Shown here one piece after another: positions 40,658 through 56,237 of a DNA stretch of 64,000 nucleotides (positions are counted from its first letter, which is position 1; every line of letters begins with the position of its first letter). Location of the stretch: NCBI GenBank assembly GCA_964016885.1, contig OZ024745.1:118916001-118980000 (forward strand), read 5' to 3'. The notes under the pieces were generated by a model. That model did not search any database. It saw nothing but the letters and a program-made list of their open reading frames with translations, and had not been told where the DNA came from. The position numbers and the translations under genes are program-made. The DNA is from Eledone cirrhosa (lineage: Eukaryota).

Positions 40658-40976
40658 TAAATATGTATACTCTGCTATGTATTGAGTACCTTACTTACTG
40701 TGGTTCCCCGGTTGAACCCCCCCCCCACATGTATATATATGCAGTAATGCAGTAGCAGTGTTTCGACATAGTGTAAAACGTATCAAGGATTGTATATTGA
40801 AGCACATACGAAATGTTTATGCATGAAAACATCCTTTTAGCATCGCTTTGATTCTGTCAATTGCATTCTTAGCAACAAAGGGAGAGCACTTTGACGGTAC
40901 CTTTTCTGCATTTTTAACCGTGGTCGCTGCTTAGACAAAATTAGTTGAATGCTTATTGTTTTCTGATTGCGGACAT

Positions 40977-41018
40977 CGGCTGATGATGCTTATCTGCATA
41001 CAGAGCAAAAGCTGGCCG
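40977..41018 (+). ncRNA. Degenerate hammerhead candidate
   Basis: CGG-CTGATGA-TGCTtatctgcatacagAGCA-AAAGCTGG-CCG. GAAA and cleavage triplet imperfect. Confidence 0.35.
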
Positions 41019-41096
41019 CCTCGAATTAATAAGAACTAGTAAGGATCTCACATGGAGTGAGATGTAACAGTGGTTGTAAAGATACGTATGCCTTTC

Positions 41097-41172
<76 letters not shown>

Positions 41173-41771
41173 GAAAGGCACATAAATACGAACTACAACA
41201 CAAAAACACTTAAATGAAAATCACATACCCAACCCCATCAAGTGCTTTACATTACACCTTACATAACAAATACCTGCATTATCACCACATGCCTCTCTAA
41301 CAAATTGCACACTATCTTAAACGTTTATAACAATTATAACATGCTTTAACACCCCACACAAAATATGTTTATTTCAACTGCATTATAACTCTTTCCTCAC
41401 ACATGCCTTATTGACTGTATTGACTCCTACATTATACACCTATTGTCCTTGCTTGTAACTTCTTTGCTTGTGTTTTTTTGTTTGTGATTTTTTTGCTTGT
41501 GCTTTTTACTTTTACTTATACCTATTACACTTCCAACCAGTGCTGCCTGTAATTGTGTTATTTCAAGCAGAACATCTTTTCAACTCCTGACTCTCCACAT
41601 GATGCCTTTGACACTAATAACAACTATGTACCCTAAATGTTCTAAATGACTAGGATTCTAGTTACACGTTTTCAACATTCCTTATGCTCCGATGAATCCA
41701 GACTTCCCTCTGGAAGAAACAATTTCCAGCTAATAAATGTTCTAAACTAAAATTTGATCGTTTTAACACTT

Positions 41772-41838
<67 letters not shown>

Positions 41839-41849
41839 ATATATACTCT

Positions 41850-42260
41850 TGAGTGCTACTGGTAACATGTCACACAGTACAACCTGTCGCATGATCCGGT
41901 TGTCGGTGACTAAACCGGCAACTCCACCAAGTTTACTTGGTGAGGAGGGTGATTTTGGACACCCCGCAGGACAAAAAGCAAAACCTGACAAAGGGCGGAA
42001 GAACTCATAAGAGTCAATGGCCATCCAAAAGTGTGTAAATATGTATATACACTTATACATATGTATGTATATGAGCGGGGACATAGAAATAGTCGCCGAT
42101 CGCGCGGTTAAACCACTGGGAGTGAAGGACACCTAGTCTTTGTCACGGTATTCTACTAGGAGAAGGAAACTCAGGAAACTGGGATAACTCCGATCTAAAG
42201 CCTGTGGCTCAGAAGTTACCTATGATGTTGATCTTTTCTTCTTTTCGGGTTATAGCTACT
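41850..42260 (+). mobile_element. RTE-type LINE 5' UTR or RTE-derived short element
   Basis: CTAGGAGAAGGAAACTC and ATGATGTTGATCTTTTCTTCTTTT shared with 34790-34866; several hairpins. Confidence 0.6.
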
Positions 42261-42324
42261 GTCATTTGTCATTTGCTAACGAAACGACATAAGCTTAACT
42301 CTAGTGCAAAGTATTCATTTAGTA

Positions 42325-42513
42325 ATAATTGTTTCTACTTTAGGCACAAGGCCAGCAATTACCCAGTGTATTACTGGTACTTTATTTTATCGACCCCGTA
42401 AGGAAGAAAGGCAAAGTGAATCTCGGCGGGATTTGAATTCAGACCGTAAAGGGACGTAACTATGATGGAAAGCATGGCGTCCGACCCTCTACCGATACTG
42501 CCAATCCACCGCC
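42325..42513 (-). mobile_element. SINE family A copy
   Basis: Family motifs. Confidence 0.85.
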
Positions 42514-43079
42514 CTTCTTTAGTAATAATGATAATAATAATATGCATAGATATATACACACATTTGCATATATGCACACACATACACACATGTTTGTATG
42601 TATGCATGCATGTGTGTGTATGTATGCATGTATGAATATATGTATGTGATTATATATGTGTGAATGCGAGTAATGTGTTTGTTTTGTTGCACACCTTCGA
42701 AATTATGCATACAAAAGGAAAACCTATAAAATCCATTACAAGTTTCGCTCCCAGAAAGAGAAACATACAAACGAAACACTATAAATCCATATACACAATT
42801 CATCCAAAAAGATATATTAGAAAAATATTAATATGCTGTTAGGATATAATGTTTCACATATCAATTTATTTGGTGATCTTTCCGTGGTCCGTGAGTTTGA
42901 TAAAATGAGGTTGATGAAAGCAACAACCAACTTACTTTTGGCGCTGGTTATTTTATTTTCACTGTAGATGTGAGTTCTCCAAAGGGCTATATTCTCCAAA
43001 TATTGTTGTCATTAATTTTAGCGTTCGTATTTTAAATAGATCTTGTTTAGTGGACGCATTTTTTGAAAATATTGGCTCA

Positions 43080-43230
43080 TGTGGTTAGCATTTTGTACTA
43101 CTCTGCATTACATAACTTACATTTATTGCTCCTGCCATTATATGATTTGGTTTTCAAGACATTATTTCATTTTGTAGTAGCATTGTTGACTCATCTATCT
43201 TTTAGTGTCCATATATAGTCAGACAATCAT
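43080..43230 (-). pseudogene. Penelope-like (Naiad-type) endonuclease C-terminal fragment; probably extends further on both sides
   Basis: Manual translation LSDYIWTLKDR*VNNATTK*NNVLKTKSYNGRSNKCKLCNAE*YKML matches the LSxYIWxLK...Y...CxLCxxEK pattern. Confidence 0.65.
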
Positions 43231-43764
43231 GTAGAGTTGATTTTATTCCTAGATTTGAATGAATGAATATGTAGAATGTTTGAATATTTCATTAGTTATG
43301 CCATTTTAATACCATCCGCTGTGTTTTTCCAGGCATTTCCTGTTGAAAGTATCATTAGATTACATTGAGTTCTTAAAATGAGAAGGTATGTCAAGAAAGG
43401 TCTTGCTATATTTGTATATTACTGATTATTTTCCTATTTCTATGTTTGATACTTTTGCATAAATTATTCAGTGTACTACAATTGCTGACTAATTTCACTT
43501 CGCACAAGTTATATTATAGTGGAGAGGGACTTTGTTGGATATTTCCTTTTCCGGTGATAAGTACGCCATTGGTCTGATAATTGTGATTCTGTAGTTATTA
43601 ACGTGTGTCAGTTCTGCGTTTCGGTTTCAGTAGAGTTAGTCCATAATTTATATTTATGTTTAATTCTACGTCTATGAAGCATACTATTTTTTGGCTTATA
43701 TATATTGTAATTTTTAGACTAATGAAAATTTTTAGACTATTGAAAATTCTAAGAAGCGTTTTTC

Positions 43765-44848
43765 TAATTGGGGAGTAGCCTGAAGTTACACGGTGCCAAG
43801 TCAGGAGAGTAGAGTGCCTGTCGAATAAATGTGTTGTTCTTGACCAGGAAAGCTTGGATTGTGTAGGCGGAATGAGCGAGCGCATTGTTGTGGTAAAGTT
43901 GTCAATTCTTCGCCATCCACATGTCCAGCCTCTTTCGGTGCACAGCATCACGAAACTGACGTATAACCTCCAGGTAGTATTCCTCATTGATTATTTGACC
44001 TTGTGGTGCGTATTCCTGATCCACAATACCACAGGTGTCAAAGAAACGGGTTAACATTACCTTGACATTGCTGTGAAACTGTCGTGTATTTTGGGGCCTT
44101 GGTGATGACGGGTGCTTCCATTGGGAGGACTGGAACTTGGTTTCTGGGTTGTAATCTTAAACACATATCTCATCACCAGTAATGATGGTCTTCATTAAGT
44201 CTGGGCCGTAGTTTACACAGTCCAACATGTCCTGAGTGATTTCCATGCAGAGTTGCTTCTGTTGCTCCGCCAGTACCCAGGGGACAAATTTCACCGATTA
44301 CTCTCCACATGCACAAATATGCCATTAAAATGGAATGCACTGATCCTGTGCTTATTCCCACTTTGTGAACAATTTCCTGGATTGTTACATGACGGTCTTC
44401 CGTGATTATTCGTCGAACATTCTCAATCGACTCCTCGTTTCGGCTTGTGAATGGCCTGCTTGAGCATGCCTCGCACCCCACTGAGGTGCGGCCATGTTTG
44501 AAGCGGTGGTACTCCTCGTTGATCTGTACTTTGTCCATGGCATCATCACCAAATGCCTGCTGAATCTTCTGGATGGTTTAAGCTTAAGTGTCACCAAGCT
44601 TTTATCAAAACTTGATGCTATAACTCTGCTCGATGCGTTCAGCCATCTTGCATGAAAACGAAAATTCGACGAGCGCGTCCTACACGTCTGTATTCTAGAC
44701 GTAACAGCCGGGAATTGGTGCAGCCTACCGGCGGGAAATTTTCACGCATGCGCAGAAAATAAGGGGCGAGGGGGTGCCACGTCTTACCTAAAGAATTGTG
44801 CACATGCGGCATTAGTTTTGGCAGAATACTTTCTGAACGTATCTCGTA
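43765..44848 (-). pseudogene. Decayed mariner (Tc1/mariner) transposon, 3'-truncated
   Basis: 5' TIR TACGAGATACGTTCAGAAAGTA; MAERIEQSYSIKF**KLG; RFKHGRTSV...SRPFTS...EDRHVTIQEIVHKVGISTGSVHSIL; ITGDE; QSSQWKHPSSPRP; SPDLAPCNF. Confidence 0.9.
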
Positions 44849-45244
44849 TATCAAAAGATTTCGTTTGCGTGTTTCTTGGCAAAAATGTGTTGTTCCTTTG
44901 AGTTCAAAGGCCCCCTTTATCACTCATCGTATCACGATGAATCGCTCGGAGAAGACCATTAAGGATACAACATCAAATGTGCAGCCACATGCACGTAATT
45001 TCACGAGCTGGCTGTTCCGGTGTTTGAACAACTAGAACATTCGTGGTCGAAACTGACGGAAGTCCAACAAACACATTCTCTAAGGAGTGGAATGAAAGAA
45101 AATAAGCAAATAAAAAATGGAACAAATATTGGAAGCTGTTAGCAGTGGAAATAATTATTACATTTTGCTTTTTATTTATCGAAAATCGATCAAGGGGTGA
45201 AACCTTTTCGCCTCCCAATTCTTCATCTAACATTTCTTCTTCTT

Positions 45245-45379
45245 CTGGGGATTTCGATTGTTATAATTGTTTGTCTCAATATTTTTACACGACTGTATGT
45301 AAAATCCCCGGCATGTGTCTTTGTATTGTCCCCTTTTCTTGTGCGCCCTTGTAGCAAATAAAGAAATATATCTATCTCA

Positions 45380-45427
<48 letters not shown>
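45245..45427 (+). mobile_element. Retroelement 3' tail with AATAAA and (ATCT)n; inverted copy at 47290-47472
   Basis: ~125 bp nearly identical reverse complement; related tail at 60340-60440. Confidence 0.7.
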
Positions 45428-45455
45428 ATCCCACCATTATTAATATATGTGCATG

Positions 45456-45537
<82 letters not shown>

Positions 45538-45539
<2 letters not shown>

Positions 45540-45675
45540 AACCAGTAAGACCCCGACGGCTGAGCTCAAGCCGTTTCGACGGCTAATTCTGGACTATTAC
45601 CCACTCTACTACCCTAAGTATTGAGTACTTTGGTGCGTTATGGTCCACCTGGTTCCTTACCACATTTCCTTCGTT
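45538..45675. repeat. Short dispersed element between (TA)n runs; second copy at 62270-62366
   Basis: GACCCCGACGGC.GAGCTCAAGCCGTTTCGACGGCTA and TGGTGCGTTATGGTCCA.CTGGTTCCTTACCACA..TCCTTCGTT are shared. Confidence 0.85.
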
Positions 45676-46140
45676 ATATATATATATATATATATATGAA
45701 TAAAGTTAGTCCTTCATCAGTGATTTTCCAACCATCATTCGTATTTCATCGCTTTAAAGACCATTGGTGCGAGCAACGGCTAAAAAAAGTCGTTGGGACA
45801 CGTAAATAAAGGGGACACGAGCGTGTAAACAAACAAAGATGGTGGAGCAACGAAAAGTGAGGAAAAAAGAGTCAAGTCCCAAATTTCCATGAATATAAGT
45901 TCGGTGAAATCGTGAACGAGAGAGAATAAAGACCATCAAACCTGGTTCGAATGTGAGCAAGGAAGGAATTCCGTACAGGTCTAACGGGAGGAAGAAGGAA
46001 TCTAGTCTGTGAATTCCGTGAACATAAGTTCTGTGAAATCGTAGACGAGAGAGAGAAAAAAAAGCGAACTTGCCTGACCAAGGGTGCGAAAGAAAAGAAT
46101 TGATCCATCAGCAGTGTTGAGATATGTCATGCATCAATTT

Positions 46141-46210
46141 ATGTATTTTATCTGATGAGAACGTACTGAAAAAACAGCACAGTAGCTCCGAAATATATAT
46201 AATAAAACAT
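46141..46210 (+). ncRNA. Type I hammerhead ribozyme (same family as 1983-2046)
   Basis: atgtaTTTTAT-CTGATGA-gaacgTACTG..CAGTAgctcc-GAAA-tatata-TA-ATAAAAcat. Confidence 0.72.
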
Positions 46211-46283
46211 ATTTTGATTATGTGAATGTATCCATTTATTAATATTTTGAATAATATTATATATGTATATATATATATATATT

Positions 46284-46399
<116 letters not shown>

Positions 46400-46871
46400 C
46401 ACATAAATACACAAAGACAGTGATGTCAAACATAACTGACATTGTCGCTTATAATATAGGAGAGACAGGCATATATATGCTTCACTTCTAAATATTTTAA
46501 AAGACTGTTTAACGCACATGGTTTACAGTTTCTAGCCAGCCTCATACCCGTACTGCTAGAAATAACAGCCGTATATATCAATCTGTTCGGGATGTTTACT
46601 GAAGAGAGCTGGACAAGATATCCTTACACTTATTTATCTCGAAACATATTTGGATTTTAAAGTTTAAACTTATCTACGGAACAGGTTTGATTTAAATGTG
46701 TCTAAACATCACGGCCATTTGGCAATACTGTTTGTCTTTGTTGATTTATTATTTTAAATCGATATAGGCAGGCTGTAATATTATAATTAGTATATTTCAT
46801 TCTAGCTAACTAAATTTCTTTTGCAATATAAATGCAGATATGTTGGTATTTGTGTTTCATCATATATATTA

Positions 46872-46916
<45 letters not shown>

Positions 46917-47071
46917 CGGAGAAAGCTTTTTAGCGATACTCCGGCCAAATTCCAACTCACTCAACAAACATTAGGAAATAAGTGATTATATTCCCAATTA
47001 TGTGTTCGGGGTGCTAACTAAAAGTATTGCGTGGAAAATTTGCTGTATTATTTCAAATGAGACATATCTAA

Positions 47072-47287
<216 letters not shown>

Positions 47288-47289
47288 CC

Positions 47290-47324
<35 letters not shown>

Positions 47325-47533
47325 CAGATAGATAAATAGATATATTTCTTTATTTGCCACAAGGGCGCACAAGAAAAGGGGACAATACAAAGACACATGG
47401 CCGGGATTTTACATACAGTCGTGTAAAAAAAAATTATAAAAGAAACAAACAATTATAACAATCGAAATCCCCAATAGGGGGGGATTCTTTCTTTCTTTAT
47501 TTTTTAGAGATGGAAATAGACAGATGGATGGAG

Positions 47534-47598
<65 letters not shown>

Positions 47599-47809
47599 TG
47601 TAATGTATAAGTGGTAGAAAGGGGTGGAATTATGAGAAGTAGTGGTATTGAGTTGATAATCGAATTGTAATGCTGTTTGATCTCCCAGTTCTGTGTCAAT
47701 ACGATTTCTGCTTTGAACTCACCGCCTTCTTTTCACTCACACCGATTAACTTTCTACACCGCCCTGACACGTCGCTATTGTAGTGTTCACAAACATAATT
47801 ATACCCACC

Positions 47810-48983
47810 TTACCACCATACCACCACTACCACCACCACCACTGCTTCACCACCACCACCACCACTAACATACCACCACCACTGCTTCACCACCACTACC
47901 ATACCACCACCACTGCTTCACCACCACCACCACCACCACCACCACTACCATACCACCACCACTGCTTCACCACCATACCACCATACCACCACTACCATAC
48001 CAACATACCACCACCACTACCATACCACCACCACCACTGCTTCACCACCACTACCATACCACCACCACTACCATCAATACCACCACTACCACCATTACCA
48101 CCATACCACCACCACTACCATACCACCACCACTACCATACCGCCACCACTACCACCATTACCACCATACCACCACCACTACCATACCACCACCACTACCA
48201 TACCACCACCACTACCATACCCCCACCACTACCACCATTACCACCATACCACCACCGCTACCATACTACCACCACTGCTTCACCACAACTACCATACCAC
48301 CACCACTACCACCATTATCACCATACCGCCATACCACCACCACTACCATACCGCCACCACTACCACCATTACCACCATACCGCCACCACTACCACCATTA
48401 CCACCATACCACCACCACTACCATACCACCACCACTGTTTCACCACCACCACTACCATACCACCACCACTACCATACCACCACCACTGTTTCACCACCAC
48501 CACCACCACTACCATACCACCACCACTACCATACCTTCACCATCAACACCATCATTAGCAACAGAAAGGACAGTGCATGTGCCTTGTTTGTTGTTGTAGT
48601 AGTAGTAGTATCAGTAGTAGAAATAGTAGTAGTATTAGTAGTAGTAATAGTAGTAGTAGCAGTAGTAGTAGTAGAAGTAGTAGTAGTAATAGTAGTAGTA
48701 GTATTAATGGTGGTAGTAGTAGCAGTAGCAGTAGTAGCAGTAGTAGTAGCAGTAGTAGTAGTAGTAGTAGTAGTAGCAGTAGTAGTAGTAGTAGTAGTAG
48801 TAGCACTAGTAGTAGTAGTAGTATTAGTAGTAGTAGAAATAGTAGTTGTAGTAGTAGTAGTAGATGTGGTGGTAGTAGTAGTACTACTAGTAGTAGTGGT
48901 GGTGGTAGTTGTAGTAGTAGTAGTAGTAATAGTAGAAGTGGTGGTAGTTGTAGTAGTAGTAGTAGTATATGTGGTGGTAGTAA

Positions 48984-49018
<35 letters not shown>

Positions 49019-49019
49019 C

Positions 49020-49052
<33 letters not shown>

Positions 49053-49064
49053 CAATCGTAGTAA

Positions 49065-49097
<33 letters not shown>

Positions 49098-49258
49098 CAG
49101 TAGTAGTAGAGGTGGTAGTATTAGTACTAGTAGTAATGGCGGTAGTAGTAGTAGTAGTAGTAGTGGTGATGGTAGTAGTAGCAGTAGTAGTAGCAGTAGT
49201 GGTAGTAGTAGTAGTAGAAGTAGTAGTTGTGGTGGTACTAGTAGTAGTGGTGGTAATG

Positions 49259-49335
<77 letters not shown>

Positions 49336-49407
49336 GGTGGTAGTAGTTGTGGTAGTAGTAGTAGTAGTAGTGGTAGTAGTAGTAGTTGTGGTAGTAGTAG
49401 CAGCAGC

Positions 49408-49440
<33 letters not shown>

Positions 49441-49453
49441 GGTAGTAGTTGTG

Positions 49454-49487
<34 letters not shown>

Positions 49488-49668
49488 TAGTGGTAGTAGT
49501 AGTTGTAGTAGCAGTAGTAGTAGTAGTAGTGGTAGCAGTAGTAGTAGCAGTACTTGTAGTAGTAGTAGTAGTAGCAGTAGTAGTAGTCGTGGTAGTAGTA
49601 GTTGTGGTGGTGGTAATAGTGGCGGTGGTAGTAGTAGCAGTAGTAGTAGTAGTAGCAGCAGTAGTAGT
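47810..49668. repeat. (CCA/CTA)-rich block (47810-48545) then (GTA/GTG)n block (48595-49668)
   Basis: Direct reading. Confidence 0.95.
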
Positions 49669-50001
49669 AATATATAAATTAACCTTAAGCAATCAAGATA
49701 CAGCTACATTATCAGAAGCTCACCTCCCGTGACATATAGGACACCTAGACACACACATATATTTATATATATATACACACACACACATATATATATATAC
49801 ACACACACACACAGACACTCACACACACATACATATACACATACACACATATATATATACACACACACATATATATACACACACACACATATATACACAC
49901 ACACACACATATATATACACACACTCGCTCCCCCCCCACCCACCCACCCCTCCACTGTCACACTGGCTCACACACACAAACACGTATAGATATATGCATA
50001 T

Positions 50002-50038
<37 letters not shown>

Positions 50039-50094
50039 CAATCATTCAAAATTGTCAATGGTGCAGATTGATTACACACACACACACAAGCACA

Positions 50095-50139
<45 letters not shown>

Positions 50140-50142
<3 letters not shown>

Positions 50143-50161
50143 TATATATATGTGAGATCAC

Positions 50162-50202
<41 letters not shown>

Positions 50203-50550
50203 TATATATGAGTGATCACACACACACATACACACGCACATATATATGTGTGATCACACACATACACACACACACACAAATATATATGGGTGATCACACA
50301 CACATACACACACAAATATATATGTGTGATCACACACATACACACACACACAAATATATATGGGTGATCACACACACATACACACACACACGGAAATATA
50401 TATGTGTGATCACACACATACACACACACACAAATATATATGAGTGATCACACACACACATACACACACACACGCACATACATATGTGTGATCACACACA
50501 TACACATACACACAAATATATATGTGTGAGCACACACACATTCACACACA
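50140..50550. repeat. CA-derived minisatellite with AAATATATATG.GTGATCAC core
   Basis: Direct reading. Confidence 0.85.
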
Positions 50551-50715
50551 CACATATATATATATATATATTTTTGAGTTATTTTTCCTAAATCTTTCGT
50601 TAACTACTTTTCCCATCTTGACGTTATAGTCGCATATATGTTATAGAATGCCGTTAGCTTCTTGCTAAAACAATCTCTATACCTCTCATTTATATATATA
50701 TTTATATTATATATT

Positions 50716-50762
<47 letters not shown>

Positions 50763-50973
50763 CCAATCCACACCATTGACAAAGATATATTTGATTTGTA
50801 TATGAAATGTTTACAATTAATTTAAAGTTAAAGACATGATTTTAAAATGTTTGAAATACTGCGATAATATTTGCTCAAAATATCATTTCTCGGTATTTAC
50901 AATAAATTAAAACTTTTTAAAGATATATTAAAAGGGAAATTAAAATAGGTTACATTCGGCTAAATCCTATATT

Positions 50974-52470
50974 TTGTTTCAAAAAAGACAGCTTCAGGAG
51001 AAGTGCGTGGAACAGAGTTTGGATCTGTATCAGGTTTTTGTCGATATAACAAAAGTTTTCGAGACTGTTAACAGAAATGCACAGTGGAAGGTTCTCCAGA
51101 AACTTGGTTGCCCTGATAAGTTCCTTGCTTTGGTTAGGTCTTTCTCTGATGACATGAAGGCTTGGGTTAATGTCAGAGGTAACATGTCGGAGCCTATCTC
51201 AGTGAAAAATGTAGTGAAACAGGGGGGGGGGTATTCCAGCACCGACCCTGATTGATTACTTTGCATTCAGGAATTGCAAGCATGGTGTTTATATCTACTA
51301 TCGAACCTCTTGCAGCATACTTAACATCAGGCGCTTTGCTGCAAAACCAAAAGTATTTACGTCAATCATAAGAGACCTATTGTATGCAGATGATTGCGAT
51401 TTTGTAGCGTACACAGAGATTGATATGCAGCACATTTTGAATGTATTTTCTGATGTTTGCACTGCCCTTGGTTTGACTGCCAGTCTCAAGAAAACCGCCG
51501 TCCTGTACCATCATTCCCCTGGTAAGCAATACAATGAACCAAGTATCTGTGTATGGTAAACGACTTGGAGTGGTTGACCAGTATGTCTATCTGGGAAGCA
51601 CTGTCAATCGATACAGCAATCTTGATAATGAAATTCCACACAGTATTAGGAAAGCGAATGATGCTTTGGGAAAGCTAGAAAGGCACCTCTGAGGTCGGTG
51701 AGACATATGCAAGTAGACAAAGATAAAGGTGTACAAGGCATGTACACCTCTCTTCTTTATGCCTGCGAGACCTGGTTTACATATTGACACCACCTTAAAC
51801 AGTTGGAACGTTTCCATCAGCTGTTTCTCAGACGGATATATGGCGTTTACTGGAGGGACCACATCAGTGATGTCGAGATTTTGGAAAGCTCTCTGTGTGA
51901 AAGCATAGAAGCTCTTGTGCTTAGGCAAAGACTCCGATGGAGTAGTCACCTTGCCAGGCTGAAGGATTCTAGAATACCAAATCAACTCTTTTAAGAAGTA
52001 TAAGGATTCCCTGAGAGCTTCTTTGACAGACGCTAACATCTCTGCTGATACATGGGAAAGCGTAGCTACTGATCGTAATAAATGGAGAAAGACTGTACAT
52101 GAGGGGAAAGTTGCCTTTGAAGCATCTTGAATCACATACGAGAAATTAAAAAGGGATGTGAGGAAGGGCATTACTGTTACATTTACAAACAGCAAAGGTC
52201 CTCCTATGGCGCTGACATGCAGCGTCTGTGCGAGACTCTGCCTCAACAAAGCAGGACTCGAAAGTCATCTTCGCAGCCATAAAGTGAGACCACTGGTTGA
52301 CTACCAGGCTGCTGTCGCAGATGCTACTCATCATAGCTGTCAAGCGTGTGGAAGAGAGTGTAGATCAACAGGAGGGCTCAAACGACATGGAAAGGTAAAT
52401 GAAGACCAACCAGAGCCGGCTGTTGCCAGAATGTTTTGGTTGCCAACTCTGTGCAAGACATTTTAGATAA
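50974..52470 (+). pseudogene. 5'-truncated RTE-clade (BovB-like) LINE: RT plus C-terminal C2H2 fingers
   Basis: RQLQEKCVEQ..VFVDITKVFETVNR..KLGCPDKF..VKQG; LLYADDC; YLGST; ERFHQLFLRRI..WRDHISDVEIL..RLRWSSHLAR; CSVCARLCLNKAGLESHLRSH; CQACGRECRSTGGLKRH. Confidence 0.88.
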
Positions 52471-52498
52471 TTAACAGCACTGTTAATTATTGATAAAT

Positions 52499-54400
<1,902 letters not shown>

Positions 54401-54592
54401 ATACACAATTACACAAACATATTTACAAACATATTAAAACACACATAAATGCACGGTACACATATATATTTATATACATGTATACATACACATGCGCATG
54501 TAGACACGCTTACACATGCGCATGCGCACACATATACACATTCGCATGCATACACGTATACACAAAAAAGACATTAATACTTATATACACAT

Positions 54593-54674
<82 letters not shown>

Positions 54675-54681
<7 letters not shown>

Positions 54682-54771
54682 TTAGTTAAGCAAAAGAAGA
54701 CCACAAATCTCACAAGGAAGACATTATTAAAAGATTGTCAACATATTTTAGTTTGATGTAAGGAATGTAGA

Positions 54772-54816
<45 letters not shown>

Positions 54817-55781
54817 TAATAATAATAATAATAATGTCCGTTTACAATTGTTTCGCTACTCCATATAATATTTCTGGATCAAATGACTATATATCATTAT
54901 TGATCTGGTTCAGTTGAAAATAATTAACATATTTAAAGACAAAGCGGCTCATCGGAACTTCAAAGGAATATATATTAAAATAAGGAAAGAATGTTACATA
55001 ATGTAATGTTCCATATATTAGTATTTCACTATGGTGTCCTGGGTGTATCAATTGTCTGCCATAATCAAGCAGTATTCATCTGTCGAGGCTGCATTGTGTG
55101 AGATCTACTTATGGGTAACAAGATGGCCGCCAATGGACATATTTACCTTACTAATTAGAGGGTGGTTTCAAGTAACTCCTCGAGAGATTAGAAATTGTGG
55201 GTAGTTTATAGTTAAGTGCTAATTTTTAAATTTTTTAATTGAGAGACAATGTAGGGGAGATAACTTATAATTATCTAAGTTAGTTATAGCTATTTAACTT
55301 ATTAGCTACAAGTAAAAATGGGGCTAGATGACTATGTTGGGTCAAATATTCTGTTGGCGAAGGAATTAGCCCTTCGATGTTGACAGCTAATAGTTACCTC
55401 CGTTCTATCGTTAATCGGTAGAGGTTGTGATAGAGTTATGTAATATGCTTCGGTAATACAGATATCACAAGATTTTCTTCGTCATTTGAACGGTTGGGCC
55501 CTAGCCAAGATTGAAGTGCCGATGAGCCGCTCTGTCTTTAAATATGTTAATTATTTTCAACTGAACCAGATCAATAATGATATATAGTCATTTGATCCAG
55601 AAATATTATATGGAGTAGCGAAACAATTGTAAACGGACATTATTATTATTATTAATATTATTATTATTATTATTATTATTATTCTCTACATTCCTTACAT
55701 CAAACTAAAATATGTTGACAATCTTTTAATAATGTCTTCCTTGTGAGATGTGTGGTCTTGTTTCGCTTAACTAATGAATAT
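54675..55781 (-). mobile_element. 5'-truncated Penelope-like element with inverted terminal repeat (arms 54675-54963 / 55511-55781)
   Basis: ~270-290-bp inverted arms. The spacer encodes on the minus strand (55481-55332) RRKSCDICITEAYYITLSQPLPINDRTEVTISCQHRR..*, matching the Naiad-type CxxCxxE...NxRxE...CxH C-terminus. Confidence 0.75.
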
Positions 55782-55963
55782 TTCCAGCTCTGCGCGCCTA
55801 ACTTCTGCATGAACCCAGCCACCTAGCTGCTTTCCACTGCATATTGCATATTGAGCACATGCCTTTACGCTTTGGCTTCTAACTAATTCACCAATCTCTC
55901 CTCTCCCATCTCCTCTCCTATCTCCATCTCTCTCTCTTTAAGATTGGTTACTCTTGAACTGTG

Positions 55964-56031
<68 letters not shown>

Positions 56032-56155
56032 GTCACACACGTATAAATAGACGTACATGTACATACACCTAACGGAGGATACACACACGCACACACACAC
56101 ACACTGATACACACACACACTGACACACACACACACGCGCACACACACACACTGA

Positions 56156-56188
<33 letters not shown>

Positions 56189-56237
56189 TGACACACACAG
56201 ACACGCGCGCACACACACACACACGCACACACACACT

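Noticed and set aside
46594-46655. CTGAAGA-GAG..CTC-GAAAC hammerhead candidate
   Set aside because: No convincing stem III/UH site or stem I partner.
47783-49732. 649-aa Pro/His/Val ORF and poly-Ser/Thr ORFs
   Set aside because: Trinucleotide microsatellite translations.
55140-55330. Possible mitochondrial rRNA insertion (NUMT)
   Set aside because: No recognisable rRNA motif; better explained as the 3' UTR of the Penelope-like fragment.
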